DNA of 64,000 nucleotides from an uncultured SAR86 cluster bacterium (lineage in GTDB: Bacteria; Pseudomonadota; Gammaproteobacteria; Magnimaribacterales; D2472). A program made the translations under genes and the position numbers. The DNA is taken from the NCBI GenBank assembly GCA_902591665.1, contig CACJBO010000002.1, forward strand, positions 151,398 to 215,397, in the 5' to 3' direction. This document shows, piece after piece, positions 42,713 through 53,116 of the stretch. Below the pieces are notes generated by a model. The model saw only the letters and a program-made list of their open reading frames with translations. It was not told the DNA's origin and did no database searches. Within the stretch, counting starts at the first letter, position 1; every line of letters starts with the position of its first letter.

Positions 42713-44460
42713 TAAGGTCTCCTAATATTGTCTACCATTTCATAAACATGTTCTGGGGGCTTACTATAAAAACTGGAGACAGCTATAGCAATAACAATGT
42801 TAATCATCATTCCAATAAAACCAATGCCTTCTGGTGAAATACCTAAAAACCAGTGCTGGGCATAATTAAATTCAATATTAATAAATTTAAAATAAATAAT
42901 ATATAAAGAAGTAAATATTAGCCCTGATAGCATTCCTGCAATTGCTCCCTGCATATTTAATCTTTTATAAAAAATACCAAGAAATAGAGCTGGAAAAATG
43001 GTAGATGCTGCAAGCCCAAATGCAAAAGCTACCACCTGAGCTACAAAACCTGGGGGATATATTCCAAACAATCCTGCAACCAATATAGCTACTGCTGCAG
43101 AACATCTTGCATATAAAAGCTCTTGTTTATCAGTAATTTTTGGCATAAAAGTTTTCTTAAGTAAATCATGAGAAACTGAAGCAGATATTACAAGAAGCAA
43201 TCCTGCTGCAGTTGATAATGCCGCAGCTAGAGCTCCAGCTGCTACGAGAGCAATAACCCATCCTGGCAATTGTGCTATTTCAGGATTGGCTAATACCATT
43301 ATATCTCTATCAATATATACCTCATTATTATTTGCTTGGTTAGCGGCGTTACTAACCAATCTTTCTCCATAATTGCCCTCGCCTTCAACAAACTTTGGTT
43401 TAGTTCCGTCCAAAGCGTTGCCTGCTGAGTATTGAATTAAACCATCCTCATTTTTATCTTTCCATGCAATTAGACCTATATCTTCCCAGTTCTGAAACCA
43501 CTCTGGTGAAGATTGATATTCAACATTTTGAACAGAATCAATAAAATTAATTCTTGCAAAAGCTGATACTGCTGGAGCTGTTGAGTATAAAATCGCAATA
43601 AAAATTAGTGCATAACCCGCAGACTTTCTAGCATCACTTACTTTTGGCACCGTGAAGAACCGAACAATTACATGAGGCAGGCCAGCGGTTCCAAACATTA
43701 AAGCTGCTGTGATACAAAAAATATCAATTTTACTCTTCGAATTTTCAGTATATGCATTAAATCCTAAATCTGTTGTGACCTGATCTAATTTATCTAAAAG
43801 ATAAGTTGAACTATCTACAAGGGTATCGCCAAAACCCAGCTGCGGAACTGGATTGCCAGTTACTAAAATTGATATAAAGATAGCTGGAACTAAATAAGCA
43901 AAAATTAATACGCAGTATTGGGCTACTTGGGTGTAAGTGATTCCTTTCATTCCTCCAAGGACTGCGTAAAAAAAGACAATACACATACCTATTACAACTC
44001 CAAGATTAATATCTACTTCAAGAAATCTTGAAAAAACAATGCCAACACCTCGCATTTGTCCAGCCACGTAGGTAAAAGAAACAAATATTAAACATATCAC
44101 CGCAACTAACCTTGCGGCATTAGAATAATATCTAGTTCCAATAAAATCCGGAACAGTATATTGACCAAATTTTCTTAAATAAGGAGCTAGCAATAACGCA
44201 AGCAATACATAACCCCCAGTCCATCCCATTAAATAAACAGAACCATCTTTTCCAAGAAAAGCTATAAGGCCTGCCATAGAGATAAAAGAAGCGGCTGACA
44301 TCCAATCTGCTGCGGTAGCCATACCATTTGCAACAGGGTTGACTCCTTTTCCTGCTATATAAAAATCATTTGTTGACTGTGCGCGAGACCAAATGGCAAT
44401 TCCAATATATAGTGCAAAAGATAAACCAACAAACAAATAGGTTAATGATTGAGTATCCAT
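42712..44460 (-). CDS. Sodium:solute symporter, ActP-like (cation/monocarboxylate)
   Basis: ADWMSAASF, GTAGLPH, AAALSTAAGLL; paired with a DUF4212 gene. Confidence 0.88.
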   Translation of the reverse strand: MDTQSLTYLFVGLSFALYIGIAIWSRAQSTNDFYIAGKGVNPVANGMATAADWMSAASFISMAGLIAFLGKDGSVYLMGWTGGYVLLALLLAPYLRKFGQYTVPDFIGTRYYSNAARLVAVICLIFVSFTYVAGQMRGVGIVFSRFLEVDINLGVVIGMCIVFFYAVLGGMKGITYTQVAQYCVLIFAYLVPAIFISILVTGNPVPQLGFGDTLVDSSTYLLDKLDQVTTDLGFNAYTENSKSKIDIFCITAALMFGTAGLPHVIVRFFTVPKVSDARKSAGYALIFIAILYSTAPAVSAFARINFIDSVQNVEYQSSPEWFQNWEDIGLIAWKDKNEDGLIQYSAGNALDGTKPKFVEGEGNYGERLVSNAANQANNNEVYIDRDIMVLANPEIAQLPGWVIALVAAGALAAALSTAAGLLLVISASVSHDLLKKTFMPKITDKQELLYARCSAAVAILVAGLFGIYPPGFVAQVVAFAFGLAASTIFPALFLGIFYKRLNMQGAIAGMLSGLIFTSLYIIYFKFINIEFNYAQHWFLGISPEGIGFIGMMINIVIAIAVSSFYSKPPEHVYEMVDNIRRP

Positions 44461-44720
44461 TAATATTTATCTTCCTCATCATTATGATCTTTGTATTTCT
44501 TATCTAATTTATTCATTAAATGAACATAGATAAAGATAAGAACAACAAACAAATAAATACTTCCTTGTTGAGCAAACCAAAATCCTAGCTTGAAGCCGCC
44601 AATTTGATATTGATCAAGAGAATCTGAAAATATGATTCCAAAACCAAAAGAAACCAAAAACCATATTGATAAGAGAATGATTAGAATTTTAAGATTAGCT
44701 CGCCAATAATCTTTATGCAT
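44460..44720 (-). CDS. DUF4212 small membrane subunit of the symporter
   Basis: YWRANL, GFKLGFWFAQQGSI. Confidence 0.85.
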   Translation of the reverse strand: MHKDYWRANLKILIILLSIWFLVSFGFGIIFSDSLDQYQIGGFKLGFWFAQQGSIYLFVVLIFIYVHLMNKLDKKYKDHNDEEDKY

Positions 44721-44843
44721 AACTTATGAGACCTTAATTGATATTCCGTTATTCTTTTTTAAAGGGTTCCTGATAAAAATTAAATATACCATTGTTATTA
44801 ATATAGCTATAAACTTTTTAAAAGTTAATTAACAAGAAAAATT

Positions 44844-46058
44844 ATGGCATTTGAAGTAAGTGATAAAGCAAAAGAAATAAATGAGAGACTTGAAGTATTC
44901 ATGGAGGAGCATATTTATCCTCGTGAAAGAGACTATGATGAGTTTACAAGCAATCAAGACAACCTCTGGCAATATCCTGATTGGTATGAAGATCTAAAAA
45001 AAGAAGCAAAAAAACAAGAACTATGGAATTTATTTTTACCAAAAGAATATGCTCCTTGGAGTCCTGGCCTAACAAATTTAGAAATTGCAGGGCTTTTTGA
45101 AACAATGTCTAAGTCTGCATGGGCACAACAAATCTTTAATTGTAATGCCCCTGATAGAGGCAATATGGAAGTATTAGCAAAATATGGAACTCCTGAACAA
45201 CAAAAAGAATGGCTCGAACCATTATTAGCAGGTGAAATTAGATCAGCATATGCAATGACAGAACCAGATGTTGCTTCATCGGATGCAACAAATATGGAAC
45301 TAGAAATTAGACGTGATGGTGATGAGTATGTTCTAAATGGAAAAAAATGGTGGACAACTGGTGTTATCTCACCCAAATGTAAATTTATGCTTGTTATGGG
45401 AAAATCAAATCCTGAGAACTCTCGACATACACAACATTCAACAATCATTGTGCCCACTGATGCTGAGGGATTTTCAATTACAAGAGCCTTGAGATCTCTA
45501 GGCGAATATCACTCTCCTGGTGGTGAAGGTGATGTTGTTTTTAAAAATGTTCGTGTTCCGGTGTCTAATCTTATATTAGGTGAAGGAAGAGGATTTGAAA
45601 TAGCTCAGGGCAGACTTGGTCCAGGAAGGTTTCAATATGCGATGATGTTTGTTGGTATGGCTCAAAGATCTTTGGAGCTCATGTGTGAAAGAGCGCAAAA
45701 TAGAGTTGCCTTTGGTGAAGCTCTTATTAAGAAAACTAGTGTTCAACATGAAATAGCAAGAAGTCGGTGCGATATTGAGCAATGTCGATTACTTGTTTTA
45801 TCTGCTGCTGAAAAAATGGATAAATATGGAATTGATGCTGCAAGAGATTACATCTCAATGTTAAAAATAGTAGCGCCAAAAATGTGTGAAGATGTCTCTA
45901 GCAGAGCAATACAGATATTTGGAGGCATGGGCGTGTCTCAGGATACTCCGTTAGCGCATATATTTACTACAAGCAGATTTTGTAGAATTGCAGATGGTCC
46001 AGATGAAGTTCATATGTCTCAGTTGGCTAAACTTACCATAAGATCATTGTCGGGTTAG
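44844..46058 (+). CDS. Acyl-CoA dehydrogenase family protein (ACAD10/11-like)
   Basis: NCNAPDRGNMEVL, AMTEPDVASSDATN, QGRLGPGR, RIADGPDEVH. Confidence 0.9.
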   Translation: MAFEVSDKAKEINERLEVFMEEHIYPRERDYDEFTSNQDNLWQYPDWYEDLKKEAKKQELWNLFLPKEYAPWSPGLTNLEIAGLFETMSKSAWAQQIFNCNAPDRGNMEVLAKYGTPEQQKEWLEPLLAGEIRSAYAMTEPDVASSDATNMELEIRRDGDEYVLNGKKWWTTGVISPKCKFMLVMGKSNPENSRHTQHSTIIVPTDAEGFSITRALRSLGEYHSPGGEGDVVFKNVRVPVSNLILGEGRGFEIAQGRLGPGRFQYAMMFVGMAQRSLELMCERAQNRVAFGEALIKKTSVQHEIARSRCDIEQCRLLVLSAAEKMDKYGIDAARDYISMLKIVAPKMCEDVSSRAIQIFGGMGVSQDTPLAHIFTTSRFCRIADGPDEVHMSQLAKLTIRSLSG

Positions 46059-46074
46059 ATTTTAGATAAACAAC

Positions 46075-46102
46075 AAAAAAGGGAGCATAAGCTCCCTTTT
46101 TT
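46075..46102. terminator. Bidirectional intrinsic terminator
   Basis: AAAAAAGGGAGC-ataa-GCTCCCTTTTTT between the convergent ACAD and TonB receptor genes. Confidence 0.9.
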
Positions 46103-46116
46103 AATACTCTAATCAA

Positions 46117-48546
46117 TTAGAAGTTATATTTAACACTGAAGCTATGAGTTTCAGGTGCACCCATAGTCATTCCATTAACTCCACTTATTCCGCTTGCAAT
46201 TAATACTAACCTGACATAATTGTTGTCGGTTGCATTCTTAACTGAATAAGCAAGTTCCCATGAATCATTTCTCCAACCAATTTTATAATTTAAAAATTCT
46301 TGATCTTCTTTCTCTGCAAGCTCTGGATAGGCAGCTGGTAATTGGGCTTGCCATTGTGGTGAGAGCATTGGAGCTGAAGAGTATTCGTATGGGCCATCAT
46401 ATGAATAATCAACTCTTGAGAACATATTTCCATTTCCAAGAGGGAAATTATGAGAAAGTCCAATCGTATATGCATCATCAGGAGTTAGCCTTGCTGCAGC
46501 ATTAGAAAGAATATCTGGGGAGCCATCATCAACAGTAAAATATGACATATTTAAAGTCAGATTTGATGTTAATTTAGCAACAACATTTAAATCAAACCCT
46601 AGTCTCTCTGCTGTTTCGGTTGCATTTCCAACAATAGTTCCAGTACCTGTTGGACTTTGTGTAATGTAATGTTGGCCATCTGTGTCCATTGAAAAAGCAG
46701 TAGCGTTAAGCTGAACTTTATTGTTCATTAATCTTGATTTAATACCAACTTCAAAATTAGTTGTTTCAGTCTTATCAAAAGCTCTCATATCGCCTGTATC
46801 ACCAGAGGTAGAGTTAAAACCACCAGCTTTGTAACCAGTTGCAGCGGCTGCATAAAGCATTACATCATCTGAAAGATCTTTTTGAACGCTGAACGACCAT
46901 GTTGTTGCGCTATCAGATCTTGAAAAATTGTTATCTACATTTTGTAAGAAACCACTAAATGGCCAAGCATTGCCAAGCACAGCCTGTCTTGGAAGACCAA
47001 CAATAGCAGGATTACCTAATAAACCAGCCAAGGTAGGACTTACAGCTCCACCCAATAGAGCTTGAGCATATAAATCAGCATCTTTTTCTTCTGTAGTATA
47101 TCTAGCGCCAATTGTGTATCTGAAAGTATCAGAAACATGAACTGTCATTCTTCCAAAGATAGCCGCTGTTTCGTCAGACCACATCATGTCTTGAGCAATC
47201 TGATCTCCAGCCTCTGTTGTTGCAAAAAAACCACCAACACCTGGAAGAGCTGCTTGAAGTCCCTGAAGTGCAGCTAATTGTGCAGGTGAGGCAGCACCTG
47301 CTGCAGCTAAAGCTCCTAACTGTTGAGCCTGAGTACTAAGTTGTGTAAACCATGTTCCCCAAACAGGTGAAAAATCAGGACCAACTTCAATAGCAGCTTT
47401 ATTTGGATAACCGCCTGACTCTCCATATTCAGCATCAAGGAAAAATAACCCAACTGTATATTCTTTGTTGCCCATCATGTTTGAACTAAATCTTAATTCA
47501 TTAGTTAATGACTTACCTGGCATATTTCTCTTAAGTGTAAGCATGTCAAGAGATGTAAAATCTGCATCCCAGTGCCTAAATGCATCGTATTTATTCCTCG
47601 CAATGATATAAGTTAGAGTTCCGTTTTCTCTTTCTTGATCAACTTTAAGAGATGTTAATGTTGAATCTAAATTAAAATTAGGCGTCCCTGCTGAAGTTGC
47701 GTACTTATAATTTGTATAATCGTTGTCTGATGGGGTTCTTCCCAATAAAGGAATTCCAATTGCTACCTGTGAAGATGTTGGCACACTATCTACAGCACAA
47801 CATGTAGATTTTTTTGAAACATCTGAATGAGAAAATACATAACTAAGTTTTTCATTTTCATGATAAATCTTTAACCCAATCACTGAATCATCAACACCAT
47901 TTGCAGGCTGACCATCAACCATGTTTGTCATATAGCCATCTGACTCATTTACATTTGCACTTAATCTAATGGCAGTAGAATCTGAAAGGCCAAAACTCAT
48001 CGCTGAGGTTACTCTTGTTGAATTAAAATCGCCACTTTCATAATGAACAAAACCGTCTGAATCACCAGGCCTTGGTGTTTTTGTCGTTATATTAACAACA
48101 CCTGCATTTGAGTTCTTACCATATAAGGTACCTTGAGGACCTTGAAGGACTTCAATTCTTTCAATATCTATAAGATCATTTAATCCTAAGCCTGTTTTGT
48201 TAAGATAGACTCCATCTACAACAAGTGCTACATCAGACTCTAAGGATGCATCACTTTGACTGGTTCCAATACCTCTTATTCTCATAGATGCATTAAATGG
48301 ATCAACGTTATAATTAATGATTAACGTTGGTAATGCAGAGTCAATATCTCTTGCGGTTGTAATATTCATATCTTCAATTTGAGAAGCAGTCAAAACATCA
48401 ACCACCATTGGAATATCTTGAGCATTTGCTTCAGTTTTTGTTGCTGAAACAATTACTTCTTCAATTCCCTCTGAATCTTGAGAAATTAGACTTAAAGGTG
48501 CAAAAAGAACACCAAAAAACATCACTGTGCTAAAAAAATTTTTCAT
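46117..48546 (-). CDS. TonB-dependent receptor
   Basis: Signal peptide, TonB box EEVIVSA, plug IERIEVLQGPQGTLYGKN, C-terminal YNF; SD AGGGGGA. Confidence 0.94.
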   Translation of the reverse strand: MKNFFSTVMFFGVLFAPLSLISQDSEGIEEVIVSATKTEANAQDIPMVVDVLTASQIEDMNITTARDIDSALPTLIINYNVDPFNASMRIRGIGTSQSDASLESDVALVVDGVYLNKTGLGLNDLIDIERIEVLQGPQGTLYGKNSNAGVVNITTKTPRPGDSDGFVHYESGDFNSTRVTSAMSFGLSDSTAIRLSANVNESDGYMTNMVDGQPANGVDDSVIGLKIYHENEKLSYVFSHSDVSKKSTCCAVDSVPTSSQVAIGIPLLGRTPSDNDYTNYKYATSAGTPNFNLDSTLTSLKVDQERENGTLTYIIARNKYDAFRHWDADFTSLDMLTLKRNMPGKSLTNELRFSSNMMGNKEYTVGLFFLDAEYGESGGYPNKAAIEVGPDFSPVWGTWFTQLSTQAQQLGALAAAGAASPAQLAALQGLQAALPGVGGFFATTEAGDQIAQDMMWSDETAAIFGRMTVHVSDTFRYTIGARYTTEEKDADLYAQALLGGAVSPTLAGLLGNPAIVGLPRQAVLGNAWPFSGFLQNVDNNFSRSDSATTWSFSVQKDLSDDVMLYAAAATGYKAGGFNSTSGDTGDMRAFDKTETTNFEVGIKSRLMNNKVQLNATAFSMDTDGQHYITQSPTGTGTIVGNATETAERLGFDLNVVAKLTSNLTLNMSYFTVDDGSPDILSNAAARLTPDDAYTIGLSHNFPLGNGNMFSRVDYSYDGPYEYSSAPMLSPQWQAQLPAAYPELAEKEDQEFLNYKIGWRNDSWELAYSVKNATDNNYVRLVLIASGISGVNGMTMGAPETHSFSVKYNF

Positions 48547-48669
48547 TCTATAGTCCCCCTGTAGACTTTTATCTATTCAACTTAAAAAGATATCACAAAT
48601 TAAACAATAACTTTGTTCGTATACTATCAGAGTATGAGAATTATCCAACAGTATAGTTATGTATAAAAT

Positions 48670-49563
48670 TTAGTTCTTTTTTAGGCTACTAGCTGCTACG
48701 AAATTAGTACCCTTTAAAAGTTCTTCTATGTTTTCTAATACAGTTTGTTTTACTGCTCTAACGATAGGATTTGATCTAGAAAGTTCATGTTGTATTAAAT
48801 AAAAACCAATCTTAAATGAGTAATCATCTTTTTTAAATGGAACCAATCTGGGGTCATTGTCGCCATCTAAATCTGTCAGAAAAGTAACACCATTTCCTGA
48901 GGATACGAATGCGTGTGCGTCTTGATAGGAGTTTGAAGAAATTATTATATTTGGATTTTGAAAAAAACTATTAACTACAAAATTGGTATCTGCCTGATCT
49001 TTTCTTATATATGTTACCCATTCAAAATCATCAATATTTTTGACTTTCTTAAAGTATTCTTTGCTTCCGTATATATGCATATTTAATTCACCAAGCAAAG
49101 TTGCTATTGAATCTTCAGGAGGATTAGTAGTTCCGACAAATCCAATGTCATACATTTCTGTAGTAAGGTCACTTGAATCAGAATGATTCATTATATGAAT
49201 ATTGAGGTTAGGGAAATTCTTTCTAAGTTTGGTAATAATATTAGTCATATTGTTACCACCCTCGCCCTGTTTGTAGACTACCAGCTTTCCATCCATTAAA
49301 TCAGGATTGGGTATAAATCTTTCTTTTAATGCTGCGATTTTAAAATCAATTTTTTGAACTTCTTTGTATAAATCTTTACCGTGAACTGTTAACGCATACC
49401 CTGAATTTCTTCTTTCAAATAATTTGATAGCTAATTCTTTTTCAAGTTTTTCAATTTTCCTGGAAACGGTAGAGTGGTTAACCCCCATTTCTTTAGCACA
49501 ACCACTCAAGGTGCCATGATTTGCACAAGAGATAAAATATTCTAGATTTCCCCAATCGAGCAT
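48670..49563 (-). CDS. LysR family transcriptional regulator
   Basis: HTH GTLSGCAKEMGVNHSTVSRKIEKLEKEL, LFER. Confidence 0.9.
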   Translation of the reverse strand: MLDWGNLEYFISCANHGTLSGCAKEMGVNHSTVSRKIEKLEKELAIKLFERRNSGYALTVHGKDLYKEVQKIDFKIAALKERFIPNPDLMDGKLVVYKQGEGGNNMTNIITKLRKNFPNLNIHIMNHSDSSDLTTEMYDIGFVGTTNPPEDSIATLLGELNMHIYGSKEYFKKVKNIDDFEWVTYIRKDQADTNFVVNSFFQNPNIIISSNSYQDAHAFVSSGNGVTFLTDLDGDNDPRLVPFKKDDYSFKIGFYLIQHELSRSNPIVRAVKQTVLENIEELLKGTNFVAASSLKKN

Positions 49564-49640
49564 TTTAAATTGATTTAAACTGTTTAAATTTGAACATAAT
49601 ATACTACGGTTGATTAAATATAATCAATACATAAGCTCTA

Positions 49641-49659
49641 ATTTGTTATATGAACAAAT
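49641..49659. promoter_or_regulatory. Candidate LysR binding site ATTTGTT-N5-AACAAAT
   Basis: Perfect 7-bp dyad containing T-N11-A, between the divergent lysR and sulfatase genes. AT-rich, so it could be a chance match. Confidence 0.45.
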
Positions 49660-49686
49660 CGATATTTAGATTAGACTCAGAAATCT

Positions 49687-51321
49687 ATGAAAAGATATGT
49701 CTTGTTATTAGTATTTTTGTTTATAGCTATTTTTGGATGGGTATATAAAAGAGAAATTGCTTTAACACTTTTACCTATTGCTTTGAATATAAGCACTCCA
49801 ATTGCTGATAATCAAGATATTGAATGGCAAAAATCAGAATCTAAAAAAAACATAGATAAGCCAAATATCATACTTATTTTGGCAGATGACTTAGGTTTTA
49901 ATGATGTTTCTTTTTACAATGGCGGAGCTGCAGATGGCAGCTTAATGACGCCTAACATAGACCAACTAGCAAAAGATGGTGTTGCATTTATGAATGGTTA
50001 TGCTGCAAGTCCTGTTTGCTCTCCATCAAGAGCTGCAATTATGACAGGAAGATATTCAAGCAGATTTGGCTTTGAATTTACTCCCTATCCAGCATCAGCT
50101 GCAAGAATTATGAATATGTTGAGAAAAGATGGCGAATTAGAAAATATTGAATTAGAGGACGTTCAATGGGATGAAGTTGGTTTAGCTGTTGGAGGACTGC
50201 CAACAGAGGAAATAACTATTGCAGAGCTACTAAAAAATGATGGCTACTATACTGCACACATCGGCAAGTGGCATTTAGGTGGATTCACAGATGGAATGAA
50301 ACCAAATGACCAAGGTTTTGATGACAGTCTTAGGATGTACAGCAGTTTATATCTTCCAAAAAACCATCCAGATGTAATTAATGCAAAAAAAGATTCTAGT
50401 GTGGAAGATATGGTTTGGGCATCCTCACAATATGCAGCTGAGTTTAACGGAAGTGAGCCCTTTGAGCCCTCAGGATATATTACAGATTACTATACTGATG
50501 AAGCTATAAATGTAATTAACAATAATACGGATAGGCCTTTTTTCATTTATTTGGGGCATTTTGCACCACATAACCCCCTTCAATCACTTAAAGAGGATTA
50601 TGAAAAACATCAACATATGCAAAATCATACCCTTCAAGTTTATTCTGGAATGATTGAAGCTCTTGATAGATCAGTAGGAAAAATAGTGGAGGCGTTGGAA
50701 AAAAATGGATTATCAGAGAACACCCTAATAATCTTTACCTCGGATAACGGTGGAGCAGGTTATATTGGGTTACATGACATTAACAAGCCATATCGTGGTT
50801 GGAAACTTACTCATTTTGAAGGAGGAATGCACATACCTTTTTTTGCAAAATGGCCTGCAAAAATAACAAAAAATACTCAATATGATAAAAGAATTCATCA
50901 TACTGATATATTTAGTACTATTCTTGGGGCAGCAAATATTGAACCACCAAAAAATATTAAAATAGATGGAAAAAATCTTATTCCATTTCTAACCGATAAA
51001 AAATTTGGACAGCCTCATGAAACCTTGTATTGGAAGAATGCAACTTATCAAGCGATTATTCATGACGATTGGAAATTAATGAGATCTACTTATCCAAAAA
51101 AGCAAGAATATTTATTTAATTTAAATAATGATCCATATGAAAAAAATAATCTTGCTAGTGTTGAGATTGAAATTAAAAATTCATTGCATCGCATGATGGA
51201 CCAACATGTTGAATCTATGCCAAAACCTAAATGGCCGCAATCAGTTTTTATGCCAGTTACAATAGACAATCCAATAACAGATTATAAAGAAGGTGACGAA
51301 TTAATTTATTGGCCAAATTAA
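49687..51321 (+). CDS. Cys-type (formylglycine) sulfatase, arylsulfatase family
   Basis: ILADDLG, CSPSRAAIMTG, GKWHLG, TSDNG. Confidence 0.93.
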   Translation: MKRYVLLLVFLFIAIFGWVYKREIALTLLPIALNISTPIADNQDIEWQKSESKKNIDKPNIILILADDLGFNDVSFYNGGAADGSLMTPNIDQLAKDGVAFMNGYAASPVCSPSRAAIMTGRYSSRFGFEFTPYPASAARIMNMLRKDGELENIELEDVQWDEVGLAVGGLPTEEITIAELLKNDGYYTAHIGKWHLGGFTDGMKPNDQGFDDSLRMYSSLYLPKNHPDVINAKKDSSVEDMVWASSQYAAEFNGSEPFEPSGYITDYYTDEAINVINNNTDRPFFIYLGHFAPHNPLQSLKEDYEKHQHMQNHTLQVYSGMIEALDRSVGKIVEALEKNGLSENTLIIFTSDNGGAGYIGLHDINKPYRGWKLTHFEGGMHIPFFAKWPAKITKNTQYDKRIHHTDIFSTILGAANIEPPKNIKIDGKNLIPFLTDKKFGQPHETLYWKNATYQAIIHDDWKLMRSTYPKKQEYLFNLNNDPYEKNNLASVEIEIKNSLHRMMDQHVESMPKPKWPQSVFMPVTIDNPITDYKEGDELIYWPN

Positions 51322-51347
51322 GTTTAGTGATTATTAGAGAGGAGTAA

Positions 51348-52415
51348 ATGAAAGTTTTAAGAACACCGGATGAATGTTTTAAAAATATAAAAGATTATCC
51401 CTTTGATCCAGTTTATACAAACATAGAAACGAAAGATGGTACTTCATTAAGAATTCATCATATTGATGAAGGTCCTAAAGATGGTCCCATTTTGTTAGCA
51501 ATGCATGGTCAACCAGTATGGAGTTATCTTTATGCCAGAATGATCCCATTTCTAACCGAAGCAGGAATAAGAGTTATAGCTCCTGACTTAGTTGGTTACG
51601 GTAAGTCAGATAAGCCAGCTGCAAGAGAAGACTATTCTTATCAAAATCAAGTTGATTGGATGGGAGAATGGTTAAAGAAAAATGATTTTCAAAATTTAAC
51701 TTTTTTTGGACAAGATTGGGGAGGCTTAATAGGTTTAAGAATGGTGGCTGCAGATCCCGATAGATTTATAAAAATTGCTATGGGTAACACAGGTCTTCCT
51801 TATAACCCTAATGCTCCTCAAGAAGTTATAGATGAAGTAAATGAGTTTAGAGCATCAAATAAAAAGATAAGCTTCTTTGGAATGACCAAAGAAGTTAGCA
51901 AAATGGATAAAAATAAACATATGGCAACAAAATTTATGTACTGGCAAAAATTTACCTGGGATTCAAAAAATCTTCCAATTGGTTTAATTAACTCTTTTCA
52001 AATGGAGAGTCAGTTTAGGAAATCTCCGGTCAAAGCATATATCCATATACTGTTACAAAAAATAGGACTAGAAAAAATTTCACCGTTCTATACTGATTTA
52101 ATGAAAGCTTATGAAGCACCCTTCCCCAACCCATCATATAAAATGGGCCCAAGGGCAATGCCTAGTCAAGTTCCAATGATACCTGACCAATCTTTAGATG
52201 CTCAGAGAAAAGCAAGAGAGTTTTTTAAAACTTCCGATAAACCTTTTCTAGCTATTTTTGCAGGTAATGACCCTGTAACAAATGGAGCGGAGAAAGATGT
52301 TCTGAGGATGGCTCCAAATGCAAAAAGTGCCCCTCATATTGGCGGGGGTCATTTTTTTCAATGGACTAAATCAGAACCACTATCTAAGATATTAATAGAT
52401 TTTATTAAAGAGTAA
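51348..52415 (+). CDS. Haloalkane dehalogenase-like alpha/beta hydrolase
   Basis: [44 protein letters not shown]. Confidence 0.85.
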   Translation: MKVLRTPDECFKNIKDYPFDPVYTNIETKDGTSLRIHHIDEGPKDGPILLAMHGQPVWSYLYARMIPFLTEAGIRVIAPDLVGYGKSDKPAAREDYSYQNQVDWMGEWLKKNDFQNLTFFGQDWGGLIGLRMVAADPDRFIKIAMGNTGLPYNPNAPQEVIDEVNEFRASNKKISFFGMTKEVSKMDKNKHMATKFMYWQKFTWDSKNLPIGLINSFQMESQFRKSPVKAYIHILLQKIGLEKISPFYTDLMKAYEAPFPNPSYKMGPRAMPSQVPMIPDQSLDAQRKAREFFKTSDKPFLAIFAGNDPVTNGAEKDVLRMAPNAKSAPHIGGGHFFQWTKSEPLSKILIDFIKE

Positions 52416-52420
52416 TTTTT

Positions 52421-53104
52421 ATGATTCATTTATATACAGCCTCAACACCTAACGGTCATAAAGTATCTTGCTTGTTAGAAGCATTAGAGATGCCTTACGA
52501 AGTTCATTCAGTAAACCTTGCTGAAGATGAGCAAAAAAAACCTGAATTTTTAAAGATTAGTCCCAATGGCAGAATCCCAGCTATTGTAGATACTGATAAT
52601 GATGACCTTTCAATCTTTGAGTCTGGTGCAATAATGCTTTATCTTGCAGATAAGGCGGGCAAGCTTATCCCAAATGATGTTAAAGGAAGAGCAAAAGTAA
52701 CTGAATGGCTCATGTTTCAAATGGGTGGTATCGGTCCAATGATGGGTCAAGCAAATGTTTTTTTTAGATATTTTCCTGAAAAAATTCAGCCAGCTATAGA
52801 TAGATATCAAAATGAATCAAGGCGTCTTTTTGAAGTTTTAGATACCCATTTAGCTGACAATAAATGGCTGGCAGGAGAATATTCGATTGCAGACATTGCT
52901 AACTGGTGCTGGGTTAGAACCCATAATTGGTCGGGTGTATCAATTGATGGACTAACCCATCTAGAAGATTGGAAAAATAGAATGTATGAGCAGCCAGGAA
53001 TGATTAAGGGAACTAAAGTGCCAGTAGATAGAGAAAGTATCTTAAAAAATGAAAAAGATGAAAAAGAATTTATAAAAAACGCACAAAAAATGGTAAAAAA
53101 ATAA
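52421..53104 (+). CDS. Glutathione S-transferase, YfcG/Nu-class-like
   Basis: TPNG active-site motif, [24 protein letters not shown]. Confidence 0.9.
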   Translation: MIHLYTASTPNGHKVSCLLEALEMPYEVHSVNLAEDEQKKPEFLKISPNGRIPAIVDTDNDDLSIFESGAIMLYLADKAGKLIPNDVKGRAKVTEWLMFQMGGIGPMMGQANVFFRYFPEKIQPAIDRYQNESRRLFEVLDTHLADNKWLAGEYSIADIANWCWVRTHNWSGVSIDGLTHLEDWKNRMYEQPGMIKGTKVPVDRESILKNEKDEKEFIKNAQKMVKK

Positions 53105-53116
53105 GGGGGAAATTTT

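Noticed and set aside
49573-49589. Palindrome ATTTAAAC-T-GTTTAAAT next to the lysR start
   Set aside because: Almost entirely A/T with no second copy seen; plausible by chance.
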